Assembly (NCBI RefSeq): GCF_018350175.1 | Contig: NC_058368.1 | Span: 221,156,001-221,220,000 of the forward strand | From: Felis catus | Lineage: Eukaryota | Direction of reading: 5' to 3' | DNA: 64,000 nucleotides | Part shown: in pieces, positions 51,437 to 64,000 of the stretch | Position numbering within the stretch: position 1 is the first letter of the stretch | Layout of the letters: every line of letters begins with the position of its first letter | Program-made: the position numbers and the translations under genes | Notes under the pieces: generated by a model | What the model was told of the DNA's origin: nothing | Database searches by the model: none | Seen by the model: the letters and a program-made list of their open reading frames with translations, nothing else

Positions 51437-52185
51437 TATTTTATCCATTCATCTATGGATGGACACTTGGGTTGCTTCCATATCTTGTCTAATATAAATA
51501 ATGGTTCAGTAAACATGGGATTGCATGGGGTGCCTGGGTGGCTCAGTTGGTTAAGCGCCTGACTTCGGCTCAGGTCATGATCTCACAGTTCATGAGTTTG
51601 AGCCCCACATTGGGCTCTGTGCTGACAGCTCGGAGCCTGGGGCCTGCTTCGGATTCTGTGTCTCCCTCTCTCTCTCTCTCTACCCCTCCCCTGCTCACAC
51701 TCTGACTCTCTCTCAAAAATAAACATTAAATAAATAAACAAACAATAAATAATTAAACATATATCTTGTCAAGTTAGTGTTTTTGTTTTCTTTGGGTAAT
51801 TCTCAAGTAGTGGAATTACTGATCTTATAGCATTAAAAAAAAATTTTTTTTGAGAAACCTTCATACTATTTTTCTCAGTGGTTTATATTCCCAGCAGTAG
51901 TGCATGGGTGTTCATTCTTTTCCACACCTTCACCGACACTTGTTATTTCTTATCTTTTTGAGGCTAGTCATTCTGATTGGTGTGAGGTGATAGCTCATTG
52001 TGGTTTTGATTGCATTTCCCTGATGATTGAGCATCTTTTCATGTGTCTGTTGTGTTTGTATGTTGTCTTTGGAAAAATTACTATTCAGATCCTGTGCCCA
52101 TTTTTTAATTGAATTGTTTGGGTTTCTTTCGTGTTGATTTGTATAAATTATGTAATTAGGGTATTAATCCCCTTATCAGATATTC
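51437..52185 (-). mobile_element. LINE-1 ORF2 3' fragment, interrupted by a SINE
   Basis: tatccattcatctatggatggacacttgggttgcttcc...tgtgaggtgatagctcattgtggttttgattgcatttccctgatg...cccttatcagata. Confidence 0.85.
51527..51755 (+). mobile_element. CanSINE
   Basis: SINEC body ggggtgcctgggtggctcagttgg...gcctgcttcggattctgtgtctccc. Confidence 0.93.
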
Positions 52186-52419
52186 CATTATATTTTAAAC
52201 AAAATCTACACAGGTCTCTATATCTATACCCTTGTCCACCTCTCAAAGCCTCCTTTTTTTTTTTTTCTATGCTTCCATTCCTTCATTTAACTATTGTAAA
52301 GCTCTTTGAATATGCCAAGTGTCTTTCCCACTTTGAGTATTTTAACAGACTGTTTCTTTCCTTTTTTTTTTTTTTTGTAAGGGTTTCATTTATATTGGCA
52401 CAATTTCAAAGATAAGTTT

Positions 52420-52631
52420 ATTTTATTATTTTTAAAAGTTTACTTATTTACTTTGAGACTTAAAGAGAGAGCACCAGCTGGGGAGGGGCAGAAAGAGGGG
52501 GAGGAGAGAAAATCCCAAGTAGGCTCTGTGCTGATAGCAGTCATGGGGCTCAATCCCACGAACTGTGAGCTCATGACCTGAGCTGAAACCAAGGGTCAGG
52601 CGCTTAGTGGAATGAGCCACCTAGGCGCCCC
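52420..52631 (-). mobile_element. CanSINE
   Basis: Flanked by TCAAAGATAA at 52406-52415 and 52632-52641. Confidence 0.92.
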
Positions 52632-52649
52632 TCAAAGATAATTTTATTT

Positions 52650-52880
52650 TTTATTTCTTTAAAGTGTTTTTTAACATTTATTTATTTTTGAGAGACAGAG
52701 AGAGACAGAGTGCTAGCAGGGGAGGGGCAGAGAGAGAGGGAGACACAGAATCCAAAGCAGGCTCCAGGCTCTGAGCAAGCTGTAAGCAGAGAGCACCCCG
52801 CGGGGCTTGAGCCCACGAACTGTATATCATGACCTGAGCCAAAGCCGGATACTCAACTGACTGAGCCACCCAGGTGCTCC
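52650..52880 (-). mobile_element. CanSINE
   Basis: Flanked by TCAAAGATAA at 52632-52641 and 52881-52890. Confidence 0.92.
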
Positions 52881-55497
52881 TCAAAGATAAATTTAAAATA
52901 AACAGAGAATATATCAAGGGAACTTCGGTAATATTTTACTATACTATATAAAAAGTACTATTCTTTTAATACAAAAATCCTGCTTCATCTTTAAATGCAA
53001 ATTGGTAAAAATTTAATGTGGCTTCTTTGTCTCTAATGACCAAAATAAAGACTAATTGAGATTTCTCTTCCCCACAACCACCATGGACTGCAAGTTTTAA
53101 TGATAGGACAGGAAAATTCATTTTGCTTACATTGAATATGCATTAGAGGGTTTCCAAAAAGTGGCATTTTCTATTTTTAACTTTGCTTTATATTTTACTT
53201 CTATAATTATATCTCATATTCAAAATGTTAAATATCTTCCTTATTTTGGGCAATGCAATAATTTAAATACGAGATGTTCATGGATGAATGAACTCTGCAG
53301 TAGCAATACCAAGAACTGTGCCTTCTTTCAAAATGGTAATATGTAAGGCCACAGTGGTAAGTAGACCTTCCAAACAGATAATAAATCAAGCTGTGTCAGT
53401 CAGGAGAGGACTGAATTGTATTTGAAATAGATGGAAATCGTTGGTGGATTCGAGACAGAGAAATTGTATCATGCAATTGGTGTTTTAAAGAAGTATTTGA
53501 TTGGCTGGAAAATATGGGCAAGAATGGAGGCAGGATGCCTAGTTAAGAAATCATTGCAATAGCTCAAGTCCAAGATTACAGTGGTGCTAGAAAGAGGAAT
53601 TAAAAGGAGGGAGGGGAAAATATAATCTTAAGTTACAGTTGGAAAAATATGCTAAAAGAATTGATATGAAGGATAAGGAAAAATGAATAAATGCAATCTG
53701 TAATTTTGACCTAAGCAACTGGTCTTCCTTGTCAAAAGAAGACTTTGGATGAGCAGGCTTTAGAAGAAAAGTAGTTCCCCATTTGTCTTTTGTCCATGGT
53801 CAATTTTAGCTTTTACACGCTTATTCATGTGGAAATATCAAGTGTAAATCTAATACCTGATGTATGGGAAGAACATGCTATATATTATGTGCCACTCACT
53901 TGGAAGGTCACATGGCTTTGAAAAGCTAAATTACGGAGTCTACTTGTACAGTGATTATTAGCCAATTTCAGTGAGCTTTGAAAGAGGTTATTATAATTTT
54001 TTAGTGATGTCATAGAAATGGTAATTGTGAAATACCTCCAGCCATTTTCTAAAGTTAAAGAGGGAAGTGGCAACGGGTGTTTCGTTCATGCTGATTTTGA
54101 TGCGTTAGTATTTTGATTTTGTCGTTTCACAATCGGGCAGTTTTTAGACATTTAAGAAATAGGTACATGAAATCACTGAGATCAAAAAAAAAAAAAAAAA
54201 GGAAGGAATGGTTGTCAATAAAATAAAATTGCACCCTGTTCATATCAATGAACTGAAAGGAATGTGTTAGTGTCCTCACATAGCATTGATTCCTCTCCCG
54301 TCTGCCATTGCCTATATTTTTAATTTTGCAGAAGTAATTCATACTTTATATTGCCTTTTGCTCATTAGAAGTAGGTAGGTACATGATATCAAATAACTGA
54401 TAATATCAGATAATATCAGATAACTGATATCAAATGTGTTCTTTCTGTTGAGCCGTTCTAGTATCTTCCTCCACTAATGAGGGTAACAATGTTGAGTGAA
54501 AAGTTAATTAGAGTTTCCAAATGGACTCATTTGAATACAATGAATCACCTCAGTTTCAAATTATTTCTGATTATACATCTTGCATTTCAAAGTCAAAAGT
54601 AGAGTTGGTTAGACACACTTGACTTGGTAAGTTGTTTATGTACGGAGTCTGTAGACACCTAAGGAAAATACTTGAATATTTGAAATTTTTCAAATATTTG
54701 AATATTTGAAAAATACTTGTTATCCCAGTGGAATTGATATGACACTCCCACTCTTATACAGTTCAGCATATCTGAAACTTTCAAACACTTTGAACCCCCC
54801 AAAGATCTGCATGCACTTGGTCAAGGGAGTTAATGGGGTGAGAAATGAAAGAAATGCGGTGGTGTGCTTTATGTAAAGAGACATGTTCACACTGCATTTA
54901 AAACAAGGAATTTCAGATGCCCTTTACTTGAATATGAAAGAGATGCATAATTCTCCAGGATTACTGAAAACTTTTGTTCATTCTCTCAGTGCTATTTGTT
55001 TCTTATCAAGCATTATATTGGAAATTTAGTGTAAGACAGTAATAATAAAAGGTCTGTCCCATAATATCTGAACTTTTAAAAAAATTAGTAAAACAATTTA
55101 TAAAACCAACTGTAAACTTTTGTTCTTTATCTTTGTAAAATATTTTTGTTTTGTGCTTTTTTTTACTTTTTTTTTTGTTATATGAAGATCTTGAGGTAAA
55201 GAAAATTATTGCTATGACAGTAACACAATTGTACTTAGTACAGTTTATTTAAAACATGATCATCATGAGGCGTTTATGCACTGTTTTGGTTGTTACTGCC
55301 TAGCAGCAATAGAGACCCCAAGTTCCTATGTCATTATCGATACCAAAATAAATATTTTGAAAAAAGTATAAGGAATATATATTCTTTGCTTCTAGATCAG
55401 CCTATTTTCTTTTACCTTTATAAAAAAGATTCAAATACTAATTTTGGAAACTTCAATGGAAAACATGCTTTTATAATTTTAAATATATCTTAGTGCT

Positions 55498-55660
55498 GGG
55501 GTGCCAGGGTGGCTCAGTCAGTTCAGCGTCTGACTTTGGCTCAGGTCAGGATCGCGTGGGTTTGAGCCCCACGTCAGGCTCTGTACTGACAGCTCAGAGC
55601 CTGGAGCCTGCTTTGGATTCTGTCTCCCTCTCTCTCTCTGCCCCTCCCTGGCTTGCATTC

Positions 55661-55725
<65 letters not shown>

Positions 55726-55755
55726 GTGTCTCGCTCTCAAAAATAAACATTAAAA
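55498..55755 (+). mobile_element. CanSINE with long (CT)n
   Basis: SINEC body; flanks AATTTTAAATATATCTTAGTGC / AATTTTAAATATATTTTATTGC. Confidence 0.92.
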
Positions 55756-56546
55756 AATTTTAAATATATTTTATTGCCACCTCATTCTAACATATTTGGG
55801 TCCATACAGTCAAAAAGAATTTAAAATTAGTGTAAGAATTCAGGGATTTAGGCATACAGAGGATTAAGTCCCCTTGTTATGTTCTGTATTATTTAAATTA
55901 CTTGACTCTATCACAATAATTCACCAGATAATGGCATTTTGATCTACACTTCTACGTAACTTAATTGTTTTTGAATGACCTTTAAGAAGCTGAATCTTAT
56001 TTTGATGATGTGGCTTAGAATTGCCTGTTTTATTTATTTTGGGGGGAGGTGAGGGAAAGAGCTGGAATATTGGACTCATTGACATAATTCTTATGCATTG
56101 ACTAATGCTAAAACTGTACGGTATATTAATGAATGAAGCTCACAGGATGAATATAAGGATTTAATTTTTCCTTTTTATTTTATTATCTGTTACATTTACA
56201 ACTTTTTTTTCATGTTCTAATGTTTAAGTCCATATCCTCTAGTATCATTATTTTAAATGAAATGGCTTTATTTTAGGTATATTATAACCAGTGGCACGTT
56301 TATTTCTCTTTTTCTTTTTTTTTTCAATATATGAAGTTTATTGTCAAATTGGTTTCCATACAACACCCAGTGCTCATCACAAAAGGTGCCCTCTTCAATA
56401 CCCATCACCCACCCTCCCCTCCCTCCCAACCCCCATCAACCCTCAGTTTGTTCTAAGTTTTTAAGAGTCTCTTATGCTTTGACTGTATTCCACTCTAACC
56501 TCTTTTTTTTTTCCTTCCCTTCCCCCATGGGTTTCTGTTAAGTTTC

Positions 56547-59500
56547 TCAGGATCCACATAAGAGTGAAACCATATAGTATCTGTCTTTCTCTGTATGGCT
56601 TATTTCATTTAGCATCACACTCTCCAGTTCCATCCATGTTGCTACAAAAGGCCATATTTCATTCTTTCTCATTGCCATGTAGTACTCCATTGTGTATATA
56701 AACCACAATTTCTTTATCCATTCATCAGTTGATGGACATTTAGGCTCTTTCCATAATTTGGCTATTGTTGAGAGTGGTGCTATAAACATTGGGGTACAAG
56801 TGCCCCTATGCATCAGTACTCCTGTATCCCTTGGGTAAATTCCTAGCAATGCTATTGCTGGGTCATAGGGTAGGTCTATTTTTAATTTTTTGAGGAATCT
56901 CCACACTGTTTTCCAGAGTGGCTGCACCAATTTTCATTCCCACCAACAGTGCAAGAGGATTCCCATTTCTCCATATCCTCGCCAGCATCTATAGTCTCCT
57001 GATTTGTTCATTTTGGCCACTCTGACTGGCGTGAGGTGATACCTGAGTGTGGTTTTGATTTGTATTTCCCTGATGAGGAGCGACGTTGAGCATCTTTTCA
57101 TGTGCCTGTTGGCCATGTGGATGTCTTCTTTAGAGAAGTGTCTATTCATGTTTTCTACCCATTTCTTCACTGGGTTATTTGTCTTTCGGGTGTGGAGTTT
57201 GGTGAGCTCTTTATAGATTTTGGATAGTAGCCCTTTGTCTGATATGTCATTTGCAAATATCTTTTCCCATTCCATTGGTTGCCTTTTAGTTTTATTGGTT
57301 GTTTCCTTTGCTGTGCAGAAGCTTTTTATCTTCATAAGGTTCCAGTAGTTCATTTTTGCTTTTAATTCCCTTGCCTTTGGGGATGTGTCAAGTAAGAAAT
57401 TGCTACAGCTGAGGTCAGAGAGGTCTTTTCCTGCTTTCTCCTCTAGGGTTTTGATGGTTTCCTGTCTCACATTCAGGTCCTTTATCCATTTTGAGTTTAT
57501 CTTTGTGAATGGTGTGAGAAAGTGGTCTAGTTTCAACCTTCTGCATGTTACTGTCCAATTCTCCCACCACTATTTGTTAAAGAGACTTTTTTTCCATTGG
57601 ATATTCTTTCCTGCTTTGTCAAAGATTAGTTGGCCATACGTTTGTGAGTCTAGTTCTGGGGTTTCTATTCTATTCCATTGGTCTATGTGTCTGTTTTTGT
57701 GCCAATACCATGCTGTCTTGATGATGACAGCTTTGTAGTAGAGGCTAAAGTCTGGGATTGTGATGCCTCCTGCTTTGGTCTTCTTCAAAATTACTTTGGC
57801 TATTCGGGGCCTTTTGTGTTTCCATATGAATTTTAGGATTGCTTGTTCTAGTTTCGAGAAGAATACTGGTGCAATTTTGATTGGGATTGCATTGAATGTG
57901 TAGATATCTTTGGGAAGTATTGACATTTTGACAATATTTATTCTTCCAATCCATAAGCACGGAATGTTTTTCCATTTCTTTATATCTTCTTCAGTTTCCT
58001 TCATAAGCTTTCTATAGTTTTCAGCATACAGATCTTTTACATCTTTGGTTAGATTTATTCCTAGGTATTTTATGCTTCTTGGTGCAATTGTGAATGGGAT
58101 CAGTTTCTTTATTTGTCTTTCTGTTGCTTCATTATTAGTGTATAAGAATGTGACTTATTTCTGTACATTGATTTTGTATCCTGCAACTTTGTTGAATTCA
58201 TGTATCAGTTCTAGCAGACTTCTGGTGGAGTCTATTGGATTTTTCATGTCATCTGCAAAAGTGAAAGCTTAACTTCATCTTTGCCAATTTTGATGCCTTT
58301 GATTTCCTTTTGTTGTCTGATTGCTGATGCAAGAACTTCCTACACTATGTTAAACAACAGCGGTGAGAGTGGACATCACTGTCGGGTTCCTGATCTCAGG
58401 GAAAAAGCTCTCAGTCTTTCCCCATTGAGGATGATGTTAGCTGTGGGCTTTTCATAAATTGCTTTTATGATCTTTAAGTATGTTCCTTCTATCCCGACTT
58501 TCTCGAGGGTTTTTATTAAGAAAGTTTGCTGAATTTTGTCAAAGGCCTTTTCTGCGTCGATTGACAGGATCATATGGTTCTTATATTTTATTAACGAGAT
58601 GTATCACATTGATTGATTTGCGAATGTTGAACCAGCCCTGCATCCCAGGAATGAATTCCACTTGATCATGGTGAATAATTCTTTTTATATGCTGTTGAAT
58701 TCGATTTGCTAGTATCTTATTGAGAAGTTTTGCATCCATATTCATCAAGGATATTGGCCTGTAGTTCTCTTTTTTTGCTGTGTCTCTGTCGGATTTAGGA
58801 ATCAAAGTAATACTGGCTTCATAGAATGAGTCTGGAAGTTTTCCTTCCCTTTCTATTTCTTGGAATAGTTTGAGAAGGATAGGTATTATCTCTGCTTTAA
58901 ACGTCTGGTAGAACTCCCCTGGGAAGCCATCTGGTCCTGGACTCCTATTTGTTGGGAGATTTTTGATGACTGATTGAATTTCTTCACTGGTTATAGGTTG
59001 TTCAAGCTTTCTATTTTCTCCTGATTGAGTTTTGGAAGAGTGTGGGTGTTCAGGAATTTGTCCATTTCTTCCAGGTTGTCCAGTTTGTTGCCATATAATT
59101 TTTCATAGTATTCCCTGATAATTGCTTGTATCTCTGAGGGATTGGTTGTAATAATTCCATTTTCATTCATGATTTTATCTACTTGGCTCATCTCCCTTTT
59201 CTTTTTGCGAAGCCCGGCTAAAGGTTTGTCAATTTTGTTTATTTTTTCAAAAAACCAACTCTTGGTTTCGTTGATCTGCTCTACAGTTTTTTTAGATTCT
59301 ATATTGTTTATTTCTGCTCTGATCTTTATTATTTCTCTTCTTCTGCTGGGTTTAGGCTGCCTTTGCTGTTCTGCTTCTATTTCCTTTAGGTGTGCTGTTA
59401 GATTTTATATTTGGGATTTTTCTTGTTTCTTTAGATAGGCCTGGATTGCAATGTATTTTCCTCTCAGGACTGCCTTCCCTGCATCCCAACGCGTTTGGAT

Positions 59501-60350
59501 TGTTGTATTTTTATTTTCGTTTGTTTCCATATATTTTTTAATTTCTTCTCTAATTGCCTGGTTGACCCACTCGTTCGTTAGTAGGGTGTTCTTTAACCTC
59601 CATATTTTTGGACGTTTTCCAGACTTTTTCCTGTGGTTGATTTCAAGCTTCATAGCATTGTGGTCTGAAAGTATGCATGGTATGATTTCAATTCTTGTAT
59701 ACTTATGAAGGGCTGTTTTGTGACCCAGTATGTGATCTATCTTGGAGAATGTTCCATGTGCACTCAAGAAGAAAGTATATTCTGTTGCTTTGGGATGCAG
59801 AGTTCTAAATATATCTGTCAAGTTCATCTGATCCAATGTCTCATTCAGGGCCCTTGTTTCTTTATTGACCGTGTGTCTAGATGATCTATCCATTTCTGTA
59901 AGTGAAGTGTTAAAGTCCCCTGCAATGACCACATTCTTATCAATAAGGTTGGTTGCTTATGTTTGTGATTAATTGTTTTATATATTTGGGGGCTCCCGTA
60001 TTTGGCGCATAGACATTTATAATTGTTAGCTCTTCCTGATGGATAGGCCCTGTGATTATTATATAATGCCCTTCTCCATCTCTTGTTACAGCCTTTAATT
60101 GAAAGTCTAATTTGTCTGATATAAGTATGACTACTCCAGCTTTCTTTTGACTTCCAGTGGCATGAGAAATAGTTCTCCATCCCCTCACTTTCAATCTGAA
60201 GGTGTCTTCAGGTCTAAAATGAGTCTCTTGTAGACAGCAAATAGATGGGTCTTGTTTTTTTATCCATTCTGATACCCTATGTCTTTTGGTTGGTGTATTT
60301 AGTCCATTTAGATTCAGTGTTATTATAGAAAGATATGGGTTTAGAGTCAT
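56547..60350 (-). pseudogene. ORF2: L1 ORF2p (endonuclease, reverse transcriptase, C-terminal domain), broken by several stops/frameshifts
   Basis: Fragments MTLNPYLSIITLNLNGLN...CCLQETH, AGDFNT...[35 protein letters not shown] (58248-58259), CWRG...LLHCWWE, ...YYMVSLLCGS*. Confidence 0.95.
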
Positions 60351-60400
60351 TGTGATGTCTGTAGGTTTCATGCTTGTAGTAATGTCTCTGGTACTTTGTC

Positions 60401-61299
60401 TCACAGGATCCCCCTTAGGATCTCTTGTAGGGCTGGTTTAGTGGTGACGAATTCCTTCAGTTTTTGTTTGTTTGGGAAGACCTTTATCTCTCCTTCTGTT
60501 CTAAATGACAGACTTGCTGGATAAAGGATTCTTGTCTACATATTTTTTTTTTCTGTTCATCACATTGAAGATCTCCTGCCATTCCTTTCTGGCCTGCCAA
60601 GTTTCAGTAGAGAGATCGGTCACGAGTCTTATAGGTCTCCCTTTATATGTTAAAGCACGTTTATCCCTAGCTGCTTTCAGAATTTTCTCTTTATCCTTGT
60701 ATTTTGTCAGTTTCACTATGATATGTCGTGCAGAGGATCGATTCAAGTTACGTCTGAAGGGAGTTCTCTGTGCCTCTTGGATTTCAATGTCTTTTTCCTT
60801 CCCCAGATCAGGGAAGTTCTCAGCTATTATTTCTTCAAGTACACCTTCAGCACCTTTCCCTCTCTCTTCCTCCTCTGGAATACCAATTATGCATAGATTA
60901 TTTCTCTTTAGTGCATCATTTACTTCTCTAATTTTCCCCTCATACTCCTGGATCTTTTTATCTCTCTTTTTCTCAGCTTCTTCTTTTTCCATAATTTTAT
61001 CTTCTAGTTTACCTATTCTCTCCTCTGCCTCTTCAATCCGAGCCGTAGTTGTCTCCATTTTAATTTGCAGCTCAGTGATAGCATTTTTTAGCTCCTCCTG
61101 TCTGTTTTTTAGTCCCTTGATCTCTGTAGCAAGAGATTCTCTGCTGTCCTTTATACTGTTTTCAAGCCCAGCAATTAATTTTATGACTATTATTCTAAAT
61201 TCACTTTCTGTTATATTGTTTAAATCATTTTTGATCAGTTCGTTAGCTGTTGTTATTTCCTGGACGTTTTTTCTGAGGGGAATTCTTCCGTTTCGTCAT
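60401..61299 (-). pseudogene. ORF1: L1 ORF1p, frameshifted
   Basis: ATG ACG AAA CGG AAG AAT start at 61299; fragment EEAEERIGKLEDK...NNLCIIGIPEEEE...RHIIVKL...IRLVTDLS; frameshift in the A-run near 60545. Confidence 0.93.
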
Positions 61300-62216
61300 T
61301 TTGGATAGTCCCTGGAGTGGTGTCGGACTGCTGGGCACTTCCCCTGTGCTGTGGTGTATAACTGGAGTTTGTGGGCGGGGCCGCAGTCAGACCTGATGTC
61401 TGCCCCCAGCCCACTGCTGGGGCCACAGTCAGACTGGTGTGTGCCTTCTCTTCCCCTCTCTAGGGGCGGGATTCACTGTGGGGTGGCGTGGTCCATCTGG
61501 GCTACTTGCACACTGCCAGGCTTGTGGTGCTGGGGATCTGGTGTATTAGCTGGGGTGGATCTTCAGGGTGCACGGGGGTGGGAGGGGCAGGCTCAGCTCG
61601 CTTTTCCTTTGGAGATCAGCTTTGGGAGGGGTGCTGTGGCACCGGGAGGGATTCAGAACTGCCACAGGGGTGGATCCGCAGAAGCACGGTGTTGGGTGTT
61701 TGCGCAGAGCAAGCAAGTTCCCGGGCAGGAACTGGTTCCCTTTGGGATTTTGGCTGGGGGATGGGCAAGGGAGATGGCGCTGGCAAGCACCTTTGTTCCC
61801 TGCCAAGCTGAGCTCTGTCATCTGGGGCTCAACAATTCTTCCTCCCGTTGTCCTCCAGCCCTCCCATTCTCCGAGCAGAGCTGTTAGCTTATAACCTTCC
61901 AGATGTCAAGTCCCGCTTGCTGTGGGAACACACTCGGTCTGGCCCCTCCGCTTTTGCCAGCCAGACTCGGTGGCTCTGCTTGGCCAGCGGCCGCCCCTCA
62001 GCCATGGCTCCCTCCCGCCAGTCCGTGGAGCGTGCACTGCCTCTCTGCCCTTCCTACCCTCTTCCGTGGGCCTCTCGTCTGCGCTTGGCTCCGGAGACTC
62101 CGTTCTGGTAGTCTTCTGGCGGTTTTCTGGGTTATTTAGGCAGGTGTGGGTGGAATCTAAGTGATCAGGATGCGCGGTGAGCCCAGAGTCCTCCTACGCC
62201 ACCATCTTCTGCAAGC
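61300..62216 (-). promoter_or_regulatory. L1 5' UTR internal promoter region (GC/CpG-rich) with YY1-like AAGATGG motif
   Basis: Markedly GC-rich relative to the window; CCATCTT at 62202-62208 near the 5' end, analogous to the YY1 site of mammalian L1 promoters. Confidence 0.65.
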
Positions 62217-62816
62217 TTATTTCTCAAATACGTTCTTGTTGTCCTGTTTAATTTTGTTTAATTTGCCTTCAAAAGTTGGGAAATACGAGGAAAATTGACA
62301 AAAGGCAATAGTTTTCACTTGCTAGCCAATCATAGTTATCTCAAAAGAACTTTCTAATGATTAAGGAAACCAAATAGAAAAGTAATTTATTAAAAGATCA
62401 CTCATATATCTACAGGTACTAGTTCATAATTTTAGAACTGGTCCCTATACATGTGGTTTCACTCAATATTTATTTTTTAATACACAAATAAGTTTCCTTC
62501 CTGTGTCCATATCTCCCCTTATTAAATACATCAGAATTTTATATATCCATTCAGGATTTTTAAAATGAGATGACATTTGCCATGTATGAAGCTTGTTACT
62601 ATATATTCATTTGTACTTTATTTAACAGGTCTTGGTGTTGTTATGGAATGAGTGAAAAGTTGTTCTTTACAATTATTCTTTAGATCTTTCTGTCAGTATG
62701 TCTCCATTGACAAAAGTAACCAAATCATACTAGAGTAACTTGTCTAAACAATTAACTGTAGAGAATTGTGTAACAAAGTGTATTTGGAACAAGTTGAATA
62801 CAGAAGAGTAGTCTAT

Positions 62817-63037
62817 GGGGCGCCTGGGTGGCTCAGTTGGTTAAGCGTCCGACTTCATTCAGGTCATGATCTAGCAGTCCGTGGGTTCGAGCCCCATGTT
62901 GGGCTCTGTGCTGACAGCTCGGGGCCTGGAGCCTGCTTTGGATTCCTTGTTTCCCTCTGTCTCTGCCCCTCACCCGCTCACACTCTGTCTCTCTCTCAAA
63001 AATAAATTAAACATTAATAACAAAAATTAAAAAAAAA
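62817..63037 (+). mobile_element. CanSINE (felid type)
   Basis: TSD AGAAGAGTAGTCTAT at 62802-62816 and 63038-63052. Confidence 0.95.
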
Positions 63038-64000
63038 AGAAGAGTAGTCTATGGATAGGAAAACAACACCTGAAAACTTAGGTAAACCTCTGGAATTAGG
63101 GCCTTATGCAAGAAGAACATAGCCTTCTATCTCATAATTACTGTGTTCAGTAATATAAGAGAATAAATATTCCTTTGCAGGATAAAAGAGTACATGTTGG
63201 AAACTACATGCTAATGCAAGGGAGGAATTTCTCATATGTATGTTTGTGGTTAGCATTATTGATAGGGAACACACTTATTAGGGAGAATGAACATTTATCT
63301 TAGTGATAGCTCTCAGAAAATGAAATTGGTTATTTCAATTGATTGGTTATTTATATTTTAATCTGGTTAGACCTAAGAAATTACATTATTAAATTTTCAT
63401 ATTCCATGATTAAAACTTGAATACTTTCAAATTTCAAATATATGCATGTTATGGGTATGTTGTAGATGGTCATTATTTGAGTACAAGTGATTTTGAAAAA
63501 TATATAACTTGAAGAGATAAATCAACCCATTGCATGAACATGGCTGTATTCAGCAAATCCAAAGGTTTATTTCTGGTGTTGCTTACCTACACACCATGTG
63601 CAATGTTTGATTCTTTCTGGGTTCCTTCTAGGTAAGAACTTTTCTATATAAGAAGGAAACCTTCCTATCTTTTAATTTTTATATTTGCTTATAAATATTC
63701 TGCCCAAGCTACATACAGATAAACTACAAAGGAGCTGAACAGGTGTTAAAGTGGAGGCTTTTCAGTCTCATTTTTGGTTGAAGATAATGTAAATCAGTTA
63801 TCCACATGTTCTCAAATACCACCCCAGACAGTGCTATCAAAAGTGTTCATAAGATACTGGTTTTGAAACTTGGCACTTTACCCTTTGGAAGTTATAGAAG
63901 ATTCAGTATTGAAGTAGTCACAGAGTTTGAGATCCAGAGAGGATTTTTTGGAAGTGCTTCAGTTCATTTTAGACCCACAAACCCAGGGAGAGTGGCTTTG

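Larger units (their letters stand above)
56309..62216 (-). mobile_element. Full-length felid LINE-1 (L1_Fc-like), disabled
   Basis: GC-rich 5' UTR starting ...AGAAGATGGTGGCGTAGGAGG, ORF1, ORF2, 3' UTR, poly-A (T run at 56309-56324); TSD TTATTTCTC at 56300-56308 and 62217-62225. Confidence 0.96.

Noticed and set aside
60505..61308. 267-aa plus-strand ORF, the longest in the track
   Set aside because: Antisense shadow of L1 ORF1; its Ser/Phe/Leu bias reflects the purine-rich opposite strand, with no independent coding evidence.
61351..62164. Cluster of overlapping ORFs in GC-rich DNA resembling a gene or CpG island
   Set aside because: Entirely within the L1 5' UTR; stop codons are scarce because of GC content. 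No basis to call an ORF0 equivalent.
63530..63640. Strong donor-like TAG|GTAAGA with nearby TGCATG in unique sequence
   Set aside because: No convincing acceptor plus open frame; could be a non-coding exon but this cannot be supported from sequence alone.
1..64000. Strand bias of retroelements as evidence for an enclosing host gene
   Set aside because: SINEs are about evenly split (14 plus, 15 minus) and LTRs/L1s occur on both strands, so intronic versus intergenic status cannot be inferred.

Overview
Mammalian, non-coding, AT-rich DNA from a cat-family (felid) genome, judged by its felid-type CanSINEs and a felid-type LINE-1. No host protein-coding gene, tRNA/rRNA gene or CRISPR array could be supported. 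The ORF track consists almost entirely of broken L1/ERV frames, SINE read-throughs and chance ORFs. Contents: (i) about 29 tRNA-derived CanSINEs, many with clear TSDs, several nested or stacked; (ii) two near full-length, disabled LINE-1s: an old carnivore-type copy on + (26610-33631) and a younger felid copy on - (56309-62216); (iii) a doubly deleted class III (ERV-L/ERV-S-like) provirus on - (8525-~11860) with both LTRs, an RNase H-integrase pol relic and a short env relic in which the SU N-terminus (CWVC motif) is fused to the TM anchor and tail; (iv) solo LTRs, including a 530-bp TG..CA LTR with a perfect 6-bp TSD (class II/ERVK-like); (v) ancient L2, MIR, MaLR and hAT fragments and microsatellites. 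I see no evidence of a new multi-gene biological system. The most notable items are the env-bearing class III provirus relic, the ERVK-like solo LTR, and several informative insertion and repair scars. Repeat family names come from my recall of consensus sequences and need RepeatMasker/Dfam confirmation.
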